Below, piece after piece: positions 62,480-64,000 of a DNA stretch of 64,000 nt (position 1 is the first letter of the stretch; every line of letters begins with the position of its first letter). The DNA lies in assembly GCA_030390025.1 (NCBI GenBank), contig CM059431.1, forward strand, positions 106,890,001 through 106,954,000, written 5' to 3'. A model generated the notes under the pieces. It did no database searches, was not told the DNA's origin, and saw only the letters and a list, made by a program, of their open reading frames with translations. This stretch comes from Squalus acanthias. Lineage: Eukaryota. Both the position numbers and the translations under genes were made by a program.

Positions 62480-64000
62480 GGACAGTTTGTTTAAAATATT
62501 AATGTGCAGATTGACAGACAGCAGAAGAGATGATTTCAATCTGTCCAGATATTGAGCCATTACGGGAAAAGTTCAGAGGAAGTGACTGAATCCAGACATA
62601 CTCATAAGGTGTGACATCTTTTGTTTATTAACATCAAGGTAGTGGCTCTAAACATGAAAGATGTCCCATGGCATAAATCACAGTTGGTTAGATTCAGTTC
62701 TGGCAGGAATTTATAACTGTCTGGATAAACTGGGATTTGCTTCATCCATTTACAACATTGCCTCTGTAAAGTCCTGCAAAAGACAAACCTGCTTCATCCT
62801 GTTGTTTATTTGACTTTTTCCAAGAAATGTGTTCTTAAAAGTGTATATTATTCTCTCAATTCTAATTATTTTTAAGTATTGTGCTGATTCAACGCATTGC
62901 TGCATTGGCTTCTGCGGATTTATTCTGTAAAAATAATTCCACCGAGTAGTTTTAGCCCAACACACTGGCTGATCAGTGCATTTTCCACCCTTTGGAAGTG
63001 GCAGTAGAATTCGATGGGCGTTTATCCACAATTAGGGGTCAATTGTTAAATCTGGGCATGTTAAACCATAACATGGCATGCATTAGCACAACAGATGTTG
63101 GTTCCTATGAAACATGGTCTGCTCATTGTAGCTGCTTTTGCTACGAATAAAGTGTTGAGGAAAAATCCCAAACTGTAACGGGCCCCATAACTCGATTAGA
63201 TTACCATGTATGTATCTGATGCATATTCCAGCAGGAGCTGGAGGCCCAGCTGCGATCTGTTACTTTTCTTCCTGACTTAAAACAAACAAAGTTTAAGAAA
63301 AATAACTTTTTGCCGTGTTGAATCTATCAACAGATAGCAGATGCTTGTTCGCCACTTGCCAGTATGGTGGGGTAGCTTACAGTATGTAAAACATGGCACA
63401 GTATACATGCTTTTGTGCCACCTTTTAATGAGGCAATCTGGCTTGAATTAGGAAACACCTGGGCATATTTTTGACAAAACCTGATATGCAATAATTCAGG
63501 GTACTTTAGTTTATAATTCAGCTGTGATATCACTTGTATGCATTATTTCCATCAATTAGTACAGTTAAAAGCTAAATAGATTTGAAAATGTTGTTATTGT
63601 TCAATCTTCAATAATTGTTTTGAATTAATTGCGCTCGTCAATGAACAAAAACTATCCCCAAGGATTGGTTTGGACATTCAAATTTTGATGGGCCTTCCCC
63701 ATAACCTTGCAGTACGGTGCTTTCAGGAGACAATTTAATGCTGGGGGTGGGGGGGGGGGGGGGCGGGTGGATGTTAAAAGCCAAATTTCAATCTTCAGCA
63801 TTCAGTAGAAAATCATGGGCAATGCACGCTCAATTTTTCAATATGTGCGCCCTATAACGCAAAGCACTGTGCTGGAAGCACTGAAAACAAAAAATTACCA
63901 GCTGGCTGAAAGAGTGGCACAGGTTGGAAACCCATTTAAACTATGAGGGTAGATTTTATGTGTTTGTGCTCCCATTGTGAAGCTTCGCATGTCAGTATAT

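Noticed and set aside
52089..62555. Duplicated small ORFs (52089/61143, 52709/61763, 53103/62157) as genes
   Set aside because: They are duplicated only because they lie in the LTRs, and they have no recognisable domains.

Overview
This is eukaryotic, repeat-dominated vertebrate DNA, probably from a cartilaginous fish (inferred from CR1 LINEs with (CATAAGAA)n-type tails, Deu-type tRNA SINEs and Penelope remnants). No host gene can be called with confidence. The main feature is a minus-strand provirus at 51770-62479 with ~1.66 kb TG...CA LTRs (~98.5% identical by manual count), a GGAC target-site duplication (TSD), a tRNA-Arg-type PBS and a PPT. It encodes an intact 599-aa Gag whose ATG overlaps the PBS but has no pol. 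In place of pol, a Gag-paralogous coiled-coil ORF follows gag in frame. Its env joins an Ig-like domain to a furin-cleaved class I fusion protein with a paramyxo/pneumovirus-F-like layout, which suggests a lokiretrovirus-like element; env is split by a CR1 insertion. The provirus sits inside a repeat-free, decayed coding-like tract that may be an older viral fossil. The rest of the window holds solo LTRs (one related to the provirus), many CR1/L2 fragments (one with a twin-priming-type 5' inversion), Harbinger transposons and MITEs, SINEs, and Penelope remnants carrying hammerhead ribozyme cores, including a near-perfect 195-bp palindrome.
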